Below, one piece after another: positions 20,776-31,204 of a stretch of 64,000 nt of DNA. The DNA lies in NCBI GenBank assembly GCA_016125225.1, contig WGME01000019.1, forward strand, positions 60,162 to 124,161, given 5' to 3'. The position numbers and the translations under genes are program-made. This DNA is from a bacterium (lineage in GTDB: Bacteria > Planctomycetota > Planctomycetia > Planctomycetales > Planctomycetaceae). Under the pieces are notes generated by a model. That model saw only the letters and a list, made by a program, of their open reading frames with translations. It was not told the DNA's origin and searched no databases. Position 1 is the first letter of the stretch. Each line of letters opens with the position of its first letter.

Positions 20776-21513
20776 TCAGGCTTCGACGAAAACCACCGTG
20801 GCAGTGATGTTGTCCTTGGAACCGCCATCTTCCGCGGCTTTGACGATGGCCTTGGCGATTTGTTCCGGGTCAGATCCCGTGCCTAGGAGTTGGCCCAGTT
20901 GTTCGTCACTGACGCCGCCGGTGACACCGTCAGTGCACAAAAGGTAACGATCGCCAATCTGGGGCGTGACGGCTTTCGGTTGCGTACCCGCCCCGCCCTC
21001 CTTCGAACCCAGATAGCGGTACAGCACGTTTTTGTACCGATGGTTGACCGCTTCTTCCGGGGTCAATGTTCCGGCGTCGATGAGGGCCTGTACCAGTGAG
21101 TGATCGGTGGTCAGTTGCTCAATCTTCTTGTTTTTCAGGCGATAAACGCGGCTATCCCCCACGCCACCGATGAAGAAGGTGCCGTTGGCATGGACCAGAA
21201 ACGTAATGGTCGTGCCCATGTTTTTGAGCTTGGCGTCCAGTTCTCCCAACGCCATGATCTCAAAATTGGCCTGCCCGACCGCCTCGTCGATGATGCGAAC
21301 CGTGTGATCGGTGTGGCTTTTGTTGAAGTCGAGCGACTGCAGCTTCTGGGGCACGATTTCCATGGCGAGAGCGCTGGCACGTTCTCCGGCCGATTGTCCG
21401 CCCATGCCATCGGCGACCAGAAAGAACCGCAACTGCGGGTCGTTGTAGCAATTGTCTTCGTTGTTATCGCGAAAGCGACCGGTGATGCTCAAGGAGCCGG
21501 CTCGGAGCTTCAT
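20776..21513 (-). CDS. PP2C-family Ser/Thr protein phosphatase
   Basis: GRFRDNNEDNCY, FLVADGMGGQSAGERAS, LLCTDGV and DNITATVV motifs. Confidence 0.9.
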   Translation of the reverse strand: MKLRAGSLSITGRFRDNNEDNCYNDPQLRFFLVADGMGGQSAGERASALAMEIVPQKLQSLDFNKSHTDHTVRIIDEAVGQANFEIMALGELDAKLKNMGTTITFLVHANGTFFIGGVGDSRVYRLKNKKIEQLTTDHSLVQALIDAGTLTPEEAVNHRYKNVLYRYLGSKEGGAGTQPKAVTPQIGDRYLLCTDGVTGGVSDEQLGQLLGTGSDPEQIAKAIVKAAEDGGSKDNITATVVFVEA

Positions 21514-21573
21514 GTCTTCGTACCAAGCCTTCTCGGCCTAAAAAGGGATTCACCCATCTCCGTGTTTCGACGG

Positions 21574-22305
21574 CTATGGGCACAAAGTGGCCACCACGTC
21601 CGTAATTCCCAAGGTCGTTGCGCTGATCAACAGTTCGGCTGCCTCGTAGCCAGCCGATGTTCCCAGCAGACGATTGTTCGACTCGACCAGACGAAACACA
21701 CACTCTTTGCTGGGGGGGAACTGCGTTTGATAGGCGCGGACCGCCTCTAATTTTAACGCAAGCGTGGGGGAAATATCCACGACGAACCGCCCTGCTCCGT
21801 CGGGTTGATCCAAGGTCGATAGCCCGAGGGGATACCAGAGCTGTTTTCGGATCACATGGACCGGCAGGCCCCCGAACTCGTCTTCCCACTTGCATAAGCG
21901 TGAGTAAAACACCGCAGCATCGGTGATCTGCATGGCTTGCCAGTGGTCTGGGGAAGCCATTGGAGTTTTTCCGGCAATCCCCATCACGATTTTCGGCCGA
22001 TGGACGCGAAAGCGGCGAGCCAGCATGATTCTGGCTGTGAAGGAATCGAACAGGCAGCGATTCGGCAACGGCAGGGTTTCCCGCACCTGGACGCCCAGAA
22101 TCTCAGCGGCTTTTCGGGCTTCCGCGAGCCGTTCATCGGGACCGGAGCTGCCGGGAGTCGGCTCGCCGTTGGTCAGGTCGATAATGCCCACCCGGTAACC
22201 CTGCTGCACCAATCGAGCCAGCGTGCCGCCGACCGCGATTTCGACATCATCCGGGTGTGCCCCGACGGCAATGACGTCCAGTGGTTCAGGAAGCTCCTCG
22301 GTCAT
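21574..22305 (-). CDS. PIG-L/LmbE-family deacetylase (BshB1-like)
   Basis: [22 protein letters not shown]. This is the second paralog of the family in the window. Confidence 0.8.
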   Translation of the reverse strand: MTEELPEPLDVIAVGAHPDDVEIAVGGTLARLVQQGYRVGIIDLTNGEPTPGSSGPDERLAEARKAAEILGVQVRETLPLPNRCLFDSFTARIMLARRFRVHRPKIVMGIAGKTPMASPDHWQAMQITDAAVFYSRLCKWEDEFGGLPVHVIRKQLWYPLGLSTLDQPDGAGRFVVDISPTLALKLEAVRAYQTQFPPSKECVFRLVESNNRLLGTSAGYEAAELLISATTLGITDVVATLCP

Positions 22306-23219
22306 ACTTGACTCAGCGGAAAGAATGCGGGTTCTTCATGATGATCGAACGCCAGCGGGTCGGCGATGAACTGCCGGATCAGTTTGGCCACCCGATGCGG
22401 ATGGGTCAAGCTGGGGTGCCAACCGGTAGTGTGCAGAGGTGTGCTGTGCGAATCGGAAATCTGAGAGGCGACAACGGCCTGATCTCTTTGAGTCGCAGGC
22501 CCCATGCCTTCCGTGTTGACGAAGAGGACCGGGCAAGTGACCTGTGACAATGCGGGGGGCAGATGCGTCGCATGCCAGGCTCGCGCTTGAGCCACGACCA
22601 GACTCACGGGGATTTGCCCGGTGGTTTCCTGAAACCATTCCCAGCGATCGAGATCGAGAGGCGGGAACCAGCGCCGATGATTGATCGTTTGCACGCGTGC
22701 GTGATACGGAATTTCTGCGAGTGTTTTTGATGAGTTGGCATACCACCCAGCGAGCACACGCTCCGCGAGGCTCAGGCGTCTTTGTGCCACGAGACCTTGA
22801 ACGATCACTCGCGAGATGCGTCGTGGCTGATGAGCCGCCCATAACAGCGATAGCAACCCGCCGAACTCGCCTCCATACAGATGGATCTGCTCATCGTGAT
22901 GCAGATCACCAATCGCGATGAGATCGTCGACAAAGGTTTGCGCGGTCCATCGAGATTGTGCCTGTGGTCGGTCCCAGTCAATCAGGACGCAACGAAAATC
23001 TTCTCGCAGCAACCAACTCACCAGTGAGTAAAGATGAGCACAGCCTCCGATGGGACTCAAAAAATAGACCGCCGGCCCTTCGCCCCAGGTCCAACCATGC
23101 GTCCCGAATTTCGAACCGTTCAGCGACCAGGGCGTTGCGATGCGCTCCATCGTCTCGGCGACATCACGACATCGTAGCGGAGGCGGGCAGCCTTCTCCCG
23201 GAGTTTCTGGCGGAGTCAT
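22302..23219 (-). CDS. Alpha/beta-hydrolase-fold protein
   Basis: The length and overall pattern fit the fold, and the ORF shows a 4-nt start/stop overlap with the downstream deacetylase gene. The nucleophile-elbow position reads LYGGEFGG rather than G-x-S-x-G, so activity is uncertain. Confidence 0.55.
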   Translation of the reverse strand: MTPPETPGEGCPPPLRCRDVAETMERIATPWSLNGSKFGTHGWTWGEGPAVYFLSPIGGCAHLYSLVSWLLREDFRCVLIDWDRPQAQSRWTAQTFVDDLIAIGDLHHDEQIHLYGGEFGGLLSLLWAAHQPRRISRVIVQGLVAQRRLSLAERVLAGWYANSSKTLAEIPYHARVQTINHRRWFPPLDLDRWEWFQETTGQIPVSLVVAQARAWHATHLPPALSQVTCPVLFVNTEGMGPATQRDQAVVASQISDSHSTPLHTTGWHPSLTHPHRVAKLIRQFIADPLAFDHHEEPAFFPLSQV

Positions 23220-23287
23220 CGAACGGCCTCACGCTGTGTTCATCGATGACCCGTCGTTGCAGCACGGCAGGCCGGACATTCCACGGG

Positions 23288-24064
23288 TTATTCTGGCAGA
23301 AGCTGCTCGGTACTGGAAATCAGCTCATACGCCGCAGCACTGTCTTCAACCTGACGAAGCTGGTCGAGAAATCCTGGTTGCTGAATCAGCCGCCCCAACC
23401 GAGCCAGGACATGCAGGTGCACCCGCGAATCGCGACACAACACCAGAAAGAATAAGTCGGTCAAACCGCGATTCGGGGCACCAAACGGAATCCCTGATTC
23501 GGTGCGACCAAAAGCGATAATGGATTGCCCCATCGCTTCGGGAAGCGGGTTCCGTGGGTGGGGAATGGCGACGCCATTGTCGAAAGCGGTCGAGAGGACC
23601 GCTTCACGTTCCTGAATGGCATTCAGCAACACGGCTGGTTGCCAGATCTGCCAGGTGCGGCCGGCCACTTCGATCAGGGTTTCCAGCACCGAACGTTTGG
23701 TCCGGGCGGGCAACGGAACCTGACAGGTCTCTACGCTCAACAGGCTGGCTACCGGCGTTTGCGGATTCAGTTCGACCGAGCGATTTGTCTGTTCCACGAG
23801 CACGAGTTCCTTATCGGTGTACTCGCGCATTTCCTGTTCGAGCCAATGCGTAATTTCGGTGGGGTGGAACTGCCAATCGCCGGAAACTTTGCGACCGGGA
23901 ATGCGGCCACGGTTGGCCAGCTTCTCGATCTCGCGGCGATCTCGCCCCAAATGCTGCGCCAATTCGTCGAGGCTGAACCAATCGTGCGACATAGGTGGGC
24001 CGTTGTGTGTGGGAGTGGAAGCATTGGTAGGCAGGAGTTCGACGAAATCTCCATCAGATTCCAC
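23288..24064 (-). CDS. Excisionase-type HTH fused to a PTS EIIA(Ntr)-like (PtsN) domain
   Basis: N-terminal FSLDELAQHLGRDRREIEKLANRGRIPGRKV. The EIIA type-2 signature NGVAIPHPRNP contains the phosphorylatable His. The start may be the ATG at 23992. Confidence 0.7.
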   Translation of the reverse strand: MESDGDFVELLPTNASTPTHNGPPMSHDWFSLDELAQHLGRDRREIEKLANRGRIPGRKVSGDWQFHPTEITHWLEQEMREYTDKELVLVEQTNRSVELNPQTPVASLLSVETCQVPLPARTKRSVLETLIEVAGRTWQIWQPAVLLNAIQEREAVLSTAFDNGVAIPHPRNPLPEAMGQSIIAFGRTESGIPFGAPNRGLTDLFFLVLCRDSRVHLHVLARLGRLIQQPGFLDQLRQVEDSAAAYELISSTEQLLPE

Positions 24065-24100
24065 CAGGAATCGAACGAAAACTTAATCGACCGGCTATTG

Positions 24101-25057
24101 TTACCAACGGATTACACTTCCGCCACCCTGGCGATGTCGGTCGGCGGCATTGAAATAGATTTGGGGTCCGTGGACGAATGTTTCCTCTGACGACAGGGGC
24201 GTGGCGGCTGCCACCGCAGTCGTCGCCGGTTGAAGTTCCCAAGTGCCCCGGAAACCGGCGGCCAGCAGTTCATCCAGAAGCGACGTTGCCGGGGAGCGGT
24301 CCTCGGACCTTTGGGCATGGTCTTGGGACCACATGTTTGATGTCACAAGAGTGAGCCGTGAGATCAGCTGTTTGAGTTGCAGACAGGCAGACGGATGTTC
24401 CGACCAGCGTTCCAGGGACACCGCCAGCCCGACTCCCGGATGAGGGACCGCAGCGAGAATCTGCTGGGCCATTTCGAGCGTATTCACGCTGGTCCAGCGA
24501 TTTTGCCAGTCGCGATCGGTGGTCGTTAACAACGCGAGTTGCACGCGTTTGCGGGCTGCTAGATCAGCGAGGACCCGCAACCCATCGCAAATGACGCGTT
24601 GAGCATGACGAAAGGTGTGTCCCTGGCGAGACCCCGGGGCGATCACCAACGTCCGGGCACCGATCTGCGCGGCTTCCTCAATGGCAACCCGACCATCTTC
24701 AATGGCTTCCCGATAGGTGAACCCGGCAGAGCCAGTGAAGCCACCGGCCCAACCGAGCGAAGACACACCGAGTCGATGTTCCTGCAGGAATGCATGTAGC
24801 CGCTCTGGACCATATTGCCAGATCGACCTGCGCATCAAGCTGACATCTTGCCAACCGCTACGGGTCGCATGCAGCAAGCGTTCCGGCAAGTCAGCCGAGG
24901 GCAAGGCTTGCTCATGGATGGCGAGTCGCAGACTCATCGACATGGCTGGCGGGTCCGCGGGCGACCGCGAACTGGCTGGCGACTGTTCTCCCTGTTTCGA
25001 TGACGAATCACGACCTTTTAAGTCGTCTTCCGAGTTCGAACACGTCACAGAAGCCAT
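24101..25057 (-). CDS. Sugar phosphate isomerase/epimerase (xylose isomerase-like TIM barrel)
   Basis: The overall pattern fits the family (…ARTLVIAPG…, …LALLTT…). The start may be one of the internal ATGs near 24943, after a low-complexity N-terminus. Confidence 0.55.
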   Translation of the reverse strand: MASVTCSNSEDDLKGRDSSSKQGEQSPASSRSPADPPAMSMSLRLAIHEQALPSADLPERLLHATRSGWQDVSLMRRSIWQYGPERLHAFLQEHRLGVSSLGWAGGFTGSAGFTYREAIEDGRVAIEEAAQIGARTLVIAPGSRQGHTFRHAQRVICDGLRVLADLAARKRVQLALLTTTDRDWQNRWTSVNTLEMAQQILAAVPHPGVGLAVSLERWSEHPSACLQLKQLISRLTLVTSNMWSQDHAQRSEDRSPATSLLDELLAAGFRGTWELQPATTAVAAATPLSSEETFVHGPQIYFNAADRHRQGGGSVIRW

Positions 25058-25345
25058 TCCTTACAAAACCTGTCTGGCGTACAACCGACGGAAATCGAAG
25101 ACGCTGTCGGTGATTCACGGCATCATGGGGCGGCATTGTGCCTTGGGAAGGGCAGGCTGCCAAGGCCATTCAGGATTTTTCTGAACTCTGAATGAACTAT
25201 GGTCAGACGCAAGAGTTGAGTCATCCTCACGAAATCTTCGCAACATCAGCGCAGACATTCACCGCAGTATCTCTTTAAGAATGAGAGCAGGCCTTCTTTC
25301 GGACGTTGATCTGCTCTGAGATTCGAGATAAAGCCGAACCGGCCC

Positions 25346-26377
25346 TCAGCCCCGTGCCGTAATTTTCACGGACGGATCATCCGCGACATTCACGAAGACA
25401 TGCACGTGGGGAGCACCACGATAATGCCAAACGAACGATGGGCCTTCCAGACGCCAGATGTCCCACACCTGGTCATTGCCGATGTCACCACTCTGATAGA
25501 ACGAGATGCGGCAGGCATCGAGACCGCCTTGAGCCTTGAGGCATTTGGCCACTTCGTCTTTGTCGAACTGACGATAAGGTTCCGTCAACGCCTCCAGAAC
25601 TCTCTGCGCATGCAGCTTCTGATCCGCAGAGAGTTCTGAAATCGGCAAACCGGGCAGTTCAGAAGCAGATCCGCGGAAGTTGACGGCACTTTCCTTCGGA
25701 GCCTGTTCGATCAAGGCCACCTTCCGCTGCTTGCCATCCAGCATCTTGTACAAATCATTGGCAACCAAGGCCTGGTGCCAGAAAACATTCCCGGAGTGAT
25801 GCGGGTCTTCATTAAAGTCAGCCGCGGCATGGCCGTAGAAAATCGGGCCACCAAAAGCCGTGTGTTCGACACAGTCGCCATCGCAACGGATGGTGAGGTG
25901 GCGGCCGGTCATCACAAATTCGAACTTGCCCGTGCCGGGTTCGCCGAATAAGGCAATCGACTGTTCTTTCCCGTAGCCCCCGGCATCATCCTGCAGCTGC
26001 TTCTGGATGCGGTCTTTCCAGTCGGGAGAATAGAGTTGCCAGAAAATGGCTTCGACCATGTCCTGCTGGTCTTTGGTGAAGAAGTCGCTGCCGATCCGCT
26101 TGTCGGTAATGTGCCAGTTGTTGGCGACATGCATCCGCAGCAGACCGCGATCATCTGTGTAGTCCCACGGGAAGGCGACTTCTTCTTTCTGGGTTGGTGT
26201 CAGAGATTGGTACAGTTTCTCGATGAGGTTTTCAGGCTTCGGAGCAGCGGTCTCTTCGGCAAGTCCCAACCGCGGACTGACGAGTGCGGCTGCCGTCGCG
26301 ACTCCAGCGGTCTGCACAAACTGACGACGGCCCAATGTGAGTTGATCTGCGTTATGACAATCGGGACACGGACGCAT
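25346..26377 (-). CDS. DUF3500-family protein with a Tat-like signal
   Basis: MRPCPDCHNADQLTLGRRQFVQTAGVATAAAL; GEPGTGKFEFVMTGRHLTIRCDGD...GGPIFYGH. The start is placed at the internal ATG. Confidence 0.65.
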   Translation of the reverse strand: MRPCPDCHNADQLTLGRRQFVQTAGVATAAALVSPRLGLAEETAAPKPENLIEKLYQSLTPTQKEEVAFPWDYTDDRGLLRMHVANNWHITDKRIGSDFFTKDQQDMVEAIFWQLYSPDWKDRIQKQLQDDAGGYGKEQSIALFGEPGTGKFEFVMTGRHLTIRCDGDCVEHTAFGGPIFYGHAAADFNEDPHHSGNVFWHQALVANDLYKMLDGKQRKVALIEQAPKESAVNFRGSASELPGLPISELSADQKLHAQRVLEALTEPYRQFDKDEVAKCLKAQGGLDACRISFYQSGDIGNDQVWDIWRLEGPSFVWHYRGAPHVHVFVNVADDPSVKITARG

Positions 26378-26520
26378 GATGACCTCCGAAGTCGAACGAA
26401 AGACAGGAACAGCGAAGCCGCCAGCAGTATGCCATGATTGATACGAAAACTGCAATTGGATTCACAGATTTCTTGCTACATCTGTGATCTGAAAACCTGG
26501 TGCTTGATGAGAACAGAATC

Positions 26521-27255
26521 TTAGAGATCCAGTTCCAAGAGATCTTCAGCCAGATAGGTTTCCGGGAAGATGGCCCGCGTGCTTGCCAGGTTGATCGGGT
26601 CGTCGCTCGTCAGTTGCGGGTCGAAATGAGTGAGATACAACTGGCTCACCTTTGCGGCTGCAGCAATGTGAGCGACCTGCGAGGCATGGCTGTGACCCGT
26701 GGGTTCACACCATTGAGCCATGGAGTCGGGATAGTTGCATTCATGGATCAAGAGATCGAGCCCGGACAGAAACGGGATCGAATCGGGATTCGCCGTGGTG
26801 TCGGTGATGTAGGCCAGGCTGCGACCATCGGGCATGTCGATACGATATCCTGTCGATCCCCCGGGATGATGCAGAGGCAACCAGGTCACTCGCCCTGCGG
26901 GTGTCTCCGTCACCGGGGATAGGGGAATGAATTCAACGGCCGGGCGGATCGGAAAGATTGGTTTGCAGAAGAGATGGGCTTCCACCGCGGCAATGATGTC
27001 GGGCTGGGCGTACACCCGGCAGCGTTTGAGGGACTTTAATAACAACGGGGTCAGTAGAAACGTCAGGCCGCAAATATGATCGAGATGGGCATGACTGAGA
27101 AAGACCTGCAATTCATCGGTCTGTAAGCGGCTGGGGATACGGAACACGCTGGAACCGGCATCGAACACGACACCGTGCTCCGGCAGCCATACGCACGCGG
27201 TATGTCGCCGCTCGTTTGGGTGAAATCCGCCGGTCCCCAGAAACTGCAATTTCAT
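26521..27255 (-). CDS. MBL-fold metallo-hydrolase
   Basis: LSHAHLDHICG (HxHxDH) plus a later His/Asp pattern. Confidence 0.8.
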   Translation of the reverse strand: MKLQFLGTGGFHPNERRHTACVWLPEHGVVFDAGSSVFRIPSRLQTDELQVFLSHAHLDHICGLTFLLTPLLLKSLKRCRVYAQPDIIAAVEAHLFCKPIFPIRPAVEFIPLSPVTETPAGRVTWLPLHHPGGSTGYRIDMPDGRSLAYITDTTANPDSIPFLSGLDLLIHECNYPDSMAQWCEPTGHSHASQVAHIAAAAKVSQLYLTHFDPQLTSDDPINLASTRAIFPETYLAEDLLELDL

Positions 27256-27371
27256 AGCCGCTCACCTGCCGATTGGGTGTTTGCGTATCGTAGACGGAGT
27301 GCCGTGCAGTGGGGAGTCGGAATCTCAGAAATCTTCAAGCCTCTTTCTGGTCGGTGAACAGGACGAAGCCC

Positions 27372-29135
27372 TTATCCCTGGGTTTTGACCGGTGATTCGT
27401 GGCGCGTGGTCAACAGCGAAACCACGATCAACGTCAGGAAACCAAGCGGGATGGTGACCAGTCCCGGCTGACTGAAGGGCACCATCGCCGATTCAGCGGC
27501 AGCGGCGGCGGAGAACCCATAGACTTTCTGCATGGTTTCCTGGCTCAACAGAATCCAACCGAGTGACGAAAACAGTCCGACAAAAATGGCCGCCGTGACA
27601 CCCTGCTTTGTCGTTCCCTTCCAGAAGAGAATCATAATCAGTGCAGGCAGATTGGCCGATGCCGCCACATTGAAAGCCCAACCGACGAGGAACCCGGCAT
27701 TCATGTTCTGAAAGAGAATGCCAAGCACAATCGACAAGGCTCCGACGATCAATGCCGAGAGCTTGCCCACGCGCACTTTCTGATGATCACTCAACGAGAC
27801 GTTCATACACCCGGTGATCAAGTCGTGGACGATGGCCCCGCTCGCCGCCACGATGAGTCCGCTGACCGTGCCCAGCACCGTGGTAAACGCAATCGCGGAA
27901 ATGATGGCGAACAGCAAGTCGCCAAAACTCTTCGCCAGCAGCGGTGCGGCCATGTTGCTATCGGTGAGATCCATGGTCCCACTCGTCATGGCTCCGAAGC
28001 CGAGGAACAACGTCAGGACATAAAATGTGCCGATGGTGCCGATGCCGACCACCGTGCTTTGCCGTGCGGCGGCCTGATCTTTCACGGTGTAATAGCGAAT
28101 GAGAATGTGCGGCAGCGACGCCGTCCCCGCAAACAACGCCAGCATCAGTGAGATAAAATCGAGCTTGGCGGTCAGCGAATCACCACGCAGACCTTTGAAG
28201 ATGGGGTGCACGCCCGGCACCATGACCTCGGCTCCCATCGTCGGTTTGGGGGAATAAGTGGTGGTCTTCACGCCATCCACCGTTTCCGTTTTCTCCGTCC
28301 ATAAGACAATTTCGCTGTTCTGCAATGTCGAGAGATACGCGAGTGGTCCGAGTGGCCCGGTCGATTTCACATCGCCCGGCAGCTTGCTGATCGAACCGAC
28401 CGGCCGCAGATCGGCTTCCCCTGCTCCCAGACCTTTGGGCCAACCATTGATCAGAACTTTGCCGTCGGGCAGCGTCACAATCGTCTGTGGCTCTGTCGCC
28501 TCGGGACGATCATCGATGGTAAACCCACGCATCAGAATCAGCACGGTCAATAGACCGCTGAAGAACACGAGCAGCGAGCCCTTGATGAATTGCACGTAAG
28601 TGGTGCTGACCATGCCGGCCGTCGTCACAATCAACGTCACAACCACGCCGACAATGATCACGCCCATCCATTGCGGAAAACCGAGCAAGGGATAGATGAG
28701 CGAACCGGCGCCGACCATTTGGGGAATGAGATAAAAGATGCTGACTACCAGCGCGCTCACCCCGGCCGCGAAGGTGATGCCCCGCGATTGGAACTGGCTG
28801 TTGAGCGCGTCGGCGAAGGTGAATTTTCCCAGTCGCTTCAACGGTTCCGCAATCACAAACAAGGCCACTACCCAGCCCGCGAGAAAGCCGATGGAATACA
28901 GAAAGCCGTCGTACCCCGACCGCGAGAGCATCCCGCAGATCCCCAGAAACGATGCGGCGGACAGGTAATCGCCAGCGAACGCCACGCCGTTCACAAACCA
29001 GTGAATCTGGCCCCCGGCGGCGAAGTAAGCCGATGCCGATTTGGCTTTGGCACCAAAGTAGAAACTCAAACCCAAAGTGATCGCCACGAAGATCAGAAAG
29101 ACCACGACGGCGAGGGAAGACGGTTGCGGAATCAT
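27372..29135 (-). CDS. actP: Sodium:solute symporter family cation/acetate symporter
   Basis: About 13 TM segments in an SSF-like layout. It lies immediately downstream of a DUF485 (YjcH-like) gene, the canonical actP context. Confidence 0.8.
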   Translation of the reverse strand: MIPQPSSLAVVVFLIFVAITLGLSFYFGAKAKSASAYFAAGGQIHWFVNGVAFAGDYLSAASFLGICGMLSRSGYDGFLYSIGFLAGWVVALFVIAEPLKRLGKFTFADALNSQFQSRGITFAAGVSALVVSIFYLIPQMVGAGSLIYPLLGFPQWMGVIIVGVVVTLIVTTAGMVSTTYVQFIKGSLLVFFSGLLTVLILMRGFTIDDRPEATEPQTIVTLPDGKVLINGWPKGLGAGEADLRPVGSISKLPGDVKSTGPLGPLAYLSTLQNSEIVLWTEKTETVDGVKTTTYSPKPTMGAEVMVPGVHPIFKGLRGDSLTAKLDFISLMLALFAGTASLPHILIRYYTVKDQAAARQSTVVGIGTIGTFYVLTLFLGFGAMTSGTMDLTDSNMAAPLLAKSFGDLLFAIISAIAFTTVLGTVSGLIVAASGAIVHDLITGCMNVSLSDHQKVRVGKLSALIVGALSIVLGILFQNMNAGFLVGWAFNVAASANLPALIMILFWKGTTKQGVTAAIFVGLFSSLGWILLSQETMQKVYGFSAAAAAESAMVPFSQPGLVTIPLGFLTLIVVSLLTTRHESPVKTQG

Positions 29136-29184
29136 ATCCAGCCGATCCAGGAAGTAAGCCAGAATTGCAGAGACTGTTGCGGAA

Positions 29185-29454
29185 TCACGCAGAGGGGCGG
29201 CGGCACAGCCAGACGTAAATCATGGCCAGGACCATCGCGGTCACAATCAGCGCGAGTCCGTACCAGACGGCGAGATGAATCCCCGCGATGTTGATCGCCA
29301 TGGTCTGCGGAGCAAACGCATTCAGGCCCACAAAACCGGCATAAATCACAAAATACAGCAGGAACAACCAGCGGCCATAACGGGCATTGCGAGCCGCCAA
29401 GACCATGTCTTCGGCTTCCGCAGGGACCGCGGGACCGTGTCCAAAACCACCCAT
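29185..29454 (-). CDS. DUF485 (YjcH-like) small inner-membrane protein
   Basis: RNARYGRWLFLLYFVIYAGFVGLNAF...WYGLALIVTAMVLAMIY, two TM segments. It is paired with actP. Confidence 0.8.
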   Translation of the reverse strand: MGGFGHGPAVPAEAEDMVLAARNARYGRWLFLLYFVIYAGFVGLNAFAPQTMAINIAGIHLAVWYGLALIVTAMVLAMIYVWLCRRPSA

Positions 29455-29545
29455 GAGCTGCCACCTTCACGAACTGAGAATGTGATGGGATGGCTCATGA
29501 GTATTCGCGATGCGGAGCAAACGCAAGCGATACGGCAGAAAATCA

Positions 29546-30979
29546 TCAGGCCGCGCGACGGAGAGGGCGGGCTTGGCCGGGCAAATCGACCAGGGTGGCA
29601 ATGTTGCCCGTCACCGGTTGTGAGGCCGCAATCGACCCGGGAGCCCGGATGTCCATCCACAACGGACCGACCGGCGACAGCATGGTCGAAATCACTTTGG
29701 CTGTAACATCGGTCCCCGGAACGACCGAGAGTTGGAAGCGTTGCAAGATTGTCGGAATCACCGTCTTCAGAATGGCCATGGCGAGCGGAGCCCCCAGACA
29801 CATCCGCGGACCGGCCCCAAACGGAAGATAGGCATAGGGCGACGGACTGATGCCGCTCCAGCGCTCCGGCAGATAGCGTTCCGGTTGTGGATACAAATCT
29901 GGTAGATGGTGGGTCATGAACTGGCTGAAAACCACAGCCGACCCCCGGGGCAAATGGAGCGGCCCGAGTTGTGTCGGTTCGACAGTCATACGTTGAGAAT
30001 ACGCACTCGCCGGCAGAACCCGCATGCTTTCCTTGATGGCGGCTTCCATCTGTTTCAACGGTTCGACAGCATCGAGAGTGGGGAACCTGCCATCAAGATG
30101 GTATCGCAGTTCGTGTTGCACGGCGGTCAGTGTTTCCGGATGTTGTGCCAGCAGGAACAACGCCCATGTGAGGGTGTGAGCCGTCGTCAGATGTGCGGCC
30201 CCGAAAATCAATGCGGCTTGACCGACGAGTTCATCGGGACTCAGGCTGCCCTGTTCGTCGTGTCCCTGCAGAATCATCGACAACAGGTTCTGCTCCCCTG
30301 CCCCGCTCTGTCGCTGCTGGGCAATCATGCCCGCGATTTCAGTTTCCAATTCCCCCGCGAAGTGCAACAACTCCTCGTAGCGCAGTGTCATCTCAGGCGA
30401 CGAGACAAATACGCTGATGCCCAACTCGTGGTTCAGCTGCACCCATTGATCGATCATCCGGCCGATCCGATAGGCCAGTTCCGGGTTGTCCATGCCGAAC
30501 AGCAGACTGCTGGTCAGTCGCAACATGAAATCGGTCATGTCACGCGAGAGATCCCGCGTTTGGCCAATCTGCCAAGACTGCAGCATCTCTTCGGTCAGAT
30601 CTCGGATCATGGGCAGATAACCATGGATCGCCTTTTTCAGAAAGGCTTCCATCACCATCCGTCGCTGCCGTTTATGATCGGCCCCGTTGGCACTGAGCAG
30701 TCCGGAGGTTAAACGCCGTTGGGCCGATTGGCGGGGACCACGCACGGCAAAGAACCGCGAATGATAGACCGCCGTGTTCGTCAGAATCTGATGGTTGAGT
30801 TCCGGCGAAAAAACGAAGTGTAACCGCTGGCCATCCTGTTCAAGAGCAGCGATCGAGCCATGCTGCCGCTGCAAACGACGCATACAGACGATGGGATCGT
30901 CCGGAAAATCGAGCAGGCAACCAGCCGTCACTGGCAGTGGCTCGGAGTCGGCATCATGCACTGGAGCCAAGGTCAACAT
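29546..30979 (-). CDS. Cytochrome P450
   Basis: Haem-thiolate loop FGAGPRMCLGAPLA; I-helix-like AAHLTTAHT; ExxR (ESMR). Confidence 0.9.
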   Translation of the reverse strand: MLTLAPVHDADSEPLPVTAGCLLDFPDDPIVCMRRLQRQHGSIAALEQDGQRLHFVFSPELNHQILTNTAVYHSRFFAVRGPRQSAQRRLTSGLLSANGADHKRQRRMVMEAFLKKAIHGYLPMIRDLTEEMLQSWQIGQTRDLSRDMTDFMLRLTSSLLFGMDNPELAYRIGRMIDQWVQLNHELGISVFVSSPEMTLRYEELLHFAGELETEIAGMIAQQRQSGAGEQNLLSMILQGHDEQGSLSPDELVGQAALIFGAAHLTTAHTLTWALFLLAQHPETLTAVQHELRYHLDGRFPTLDAVEPLKQMEAAIKESMRVLPASAYSQRMTVEPTQLGPLHLPRGSAVVFSQFMTHHLPDLYPQPERYLPERWSGISPSPYAYLPFGAGPRMCLGAPLAMAILKTVIPTILQRFQLSVVPGTDVTAKVISTMLSPVGPLWMDIRAPGSIAASQPVTGNIATLVDLPGQARPLRRAA

Positions 30980-31204
30980 CGCGGGTCAAATCTCTCTGTC
31001 AGCCACATCACAAGCGGTCGGCATTCCCCGTTCTGGCCCATCGCAGCGGCAGAATTTGCCGATGGTGGCAGGTCTTTTATCACGGAGTCGGTTTCTCGCC
31101 AAGAGGAGATTCGTCTCCGGGGACATCCTGCTTGACCCGTTTCATGATCTCACGGAAAACACAGGACTCTTCGAATCCGGGCACAGGCAGCAGGCAGGGA
31201 TCGC

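Noticed and set aside
22302-23219. Alpha/beta hydrolase whose nucleophile elbow reads G-G-E-F-G-G (Glu instead of Ser)
   Set aside because: Placing the elbow by eye without an alignment is unreliable, because the true nucleophile motif may lie elsewhere. It is noted in the feature evidence only.
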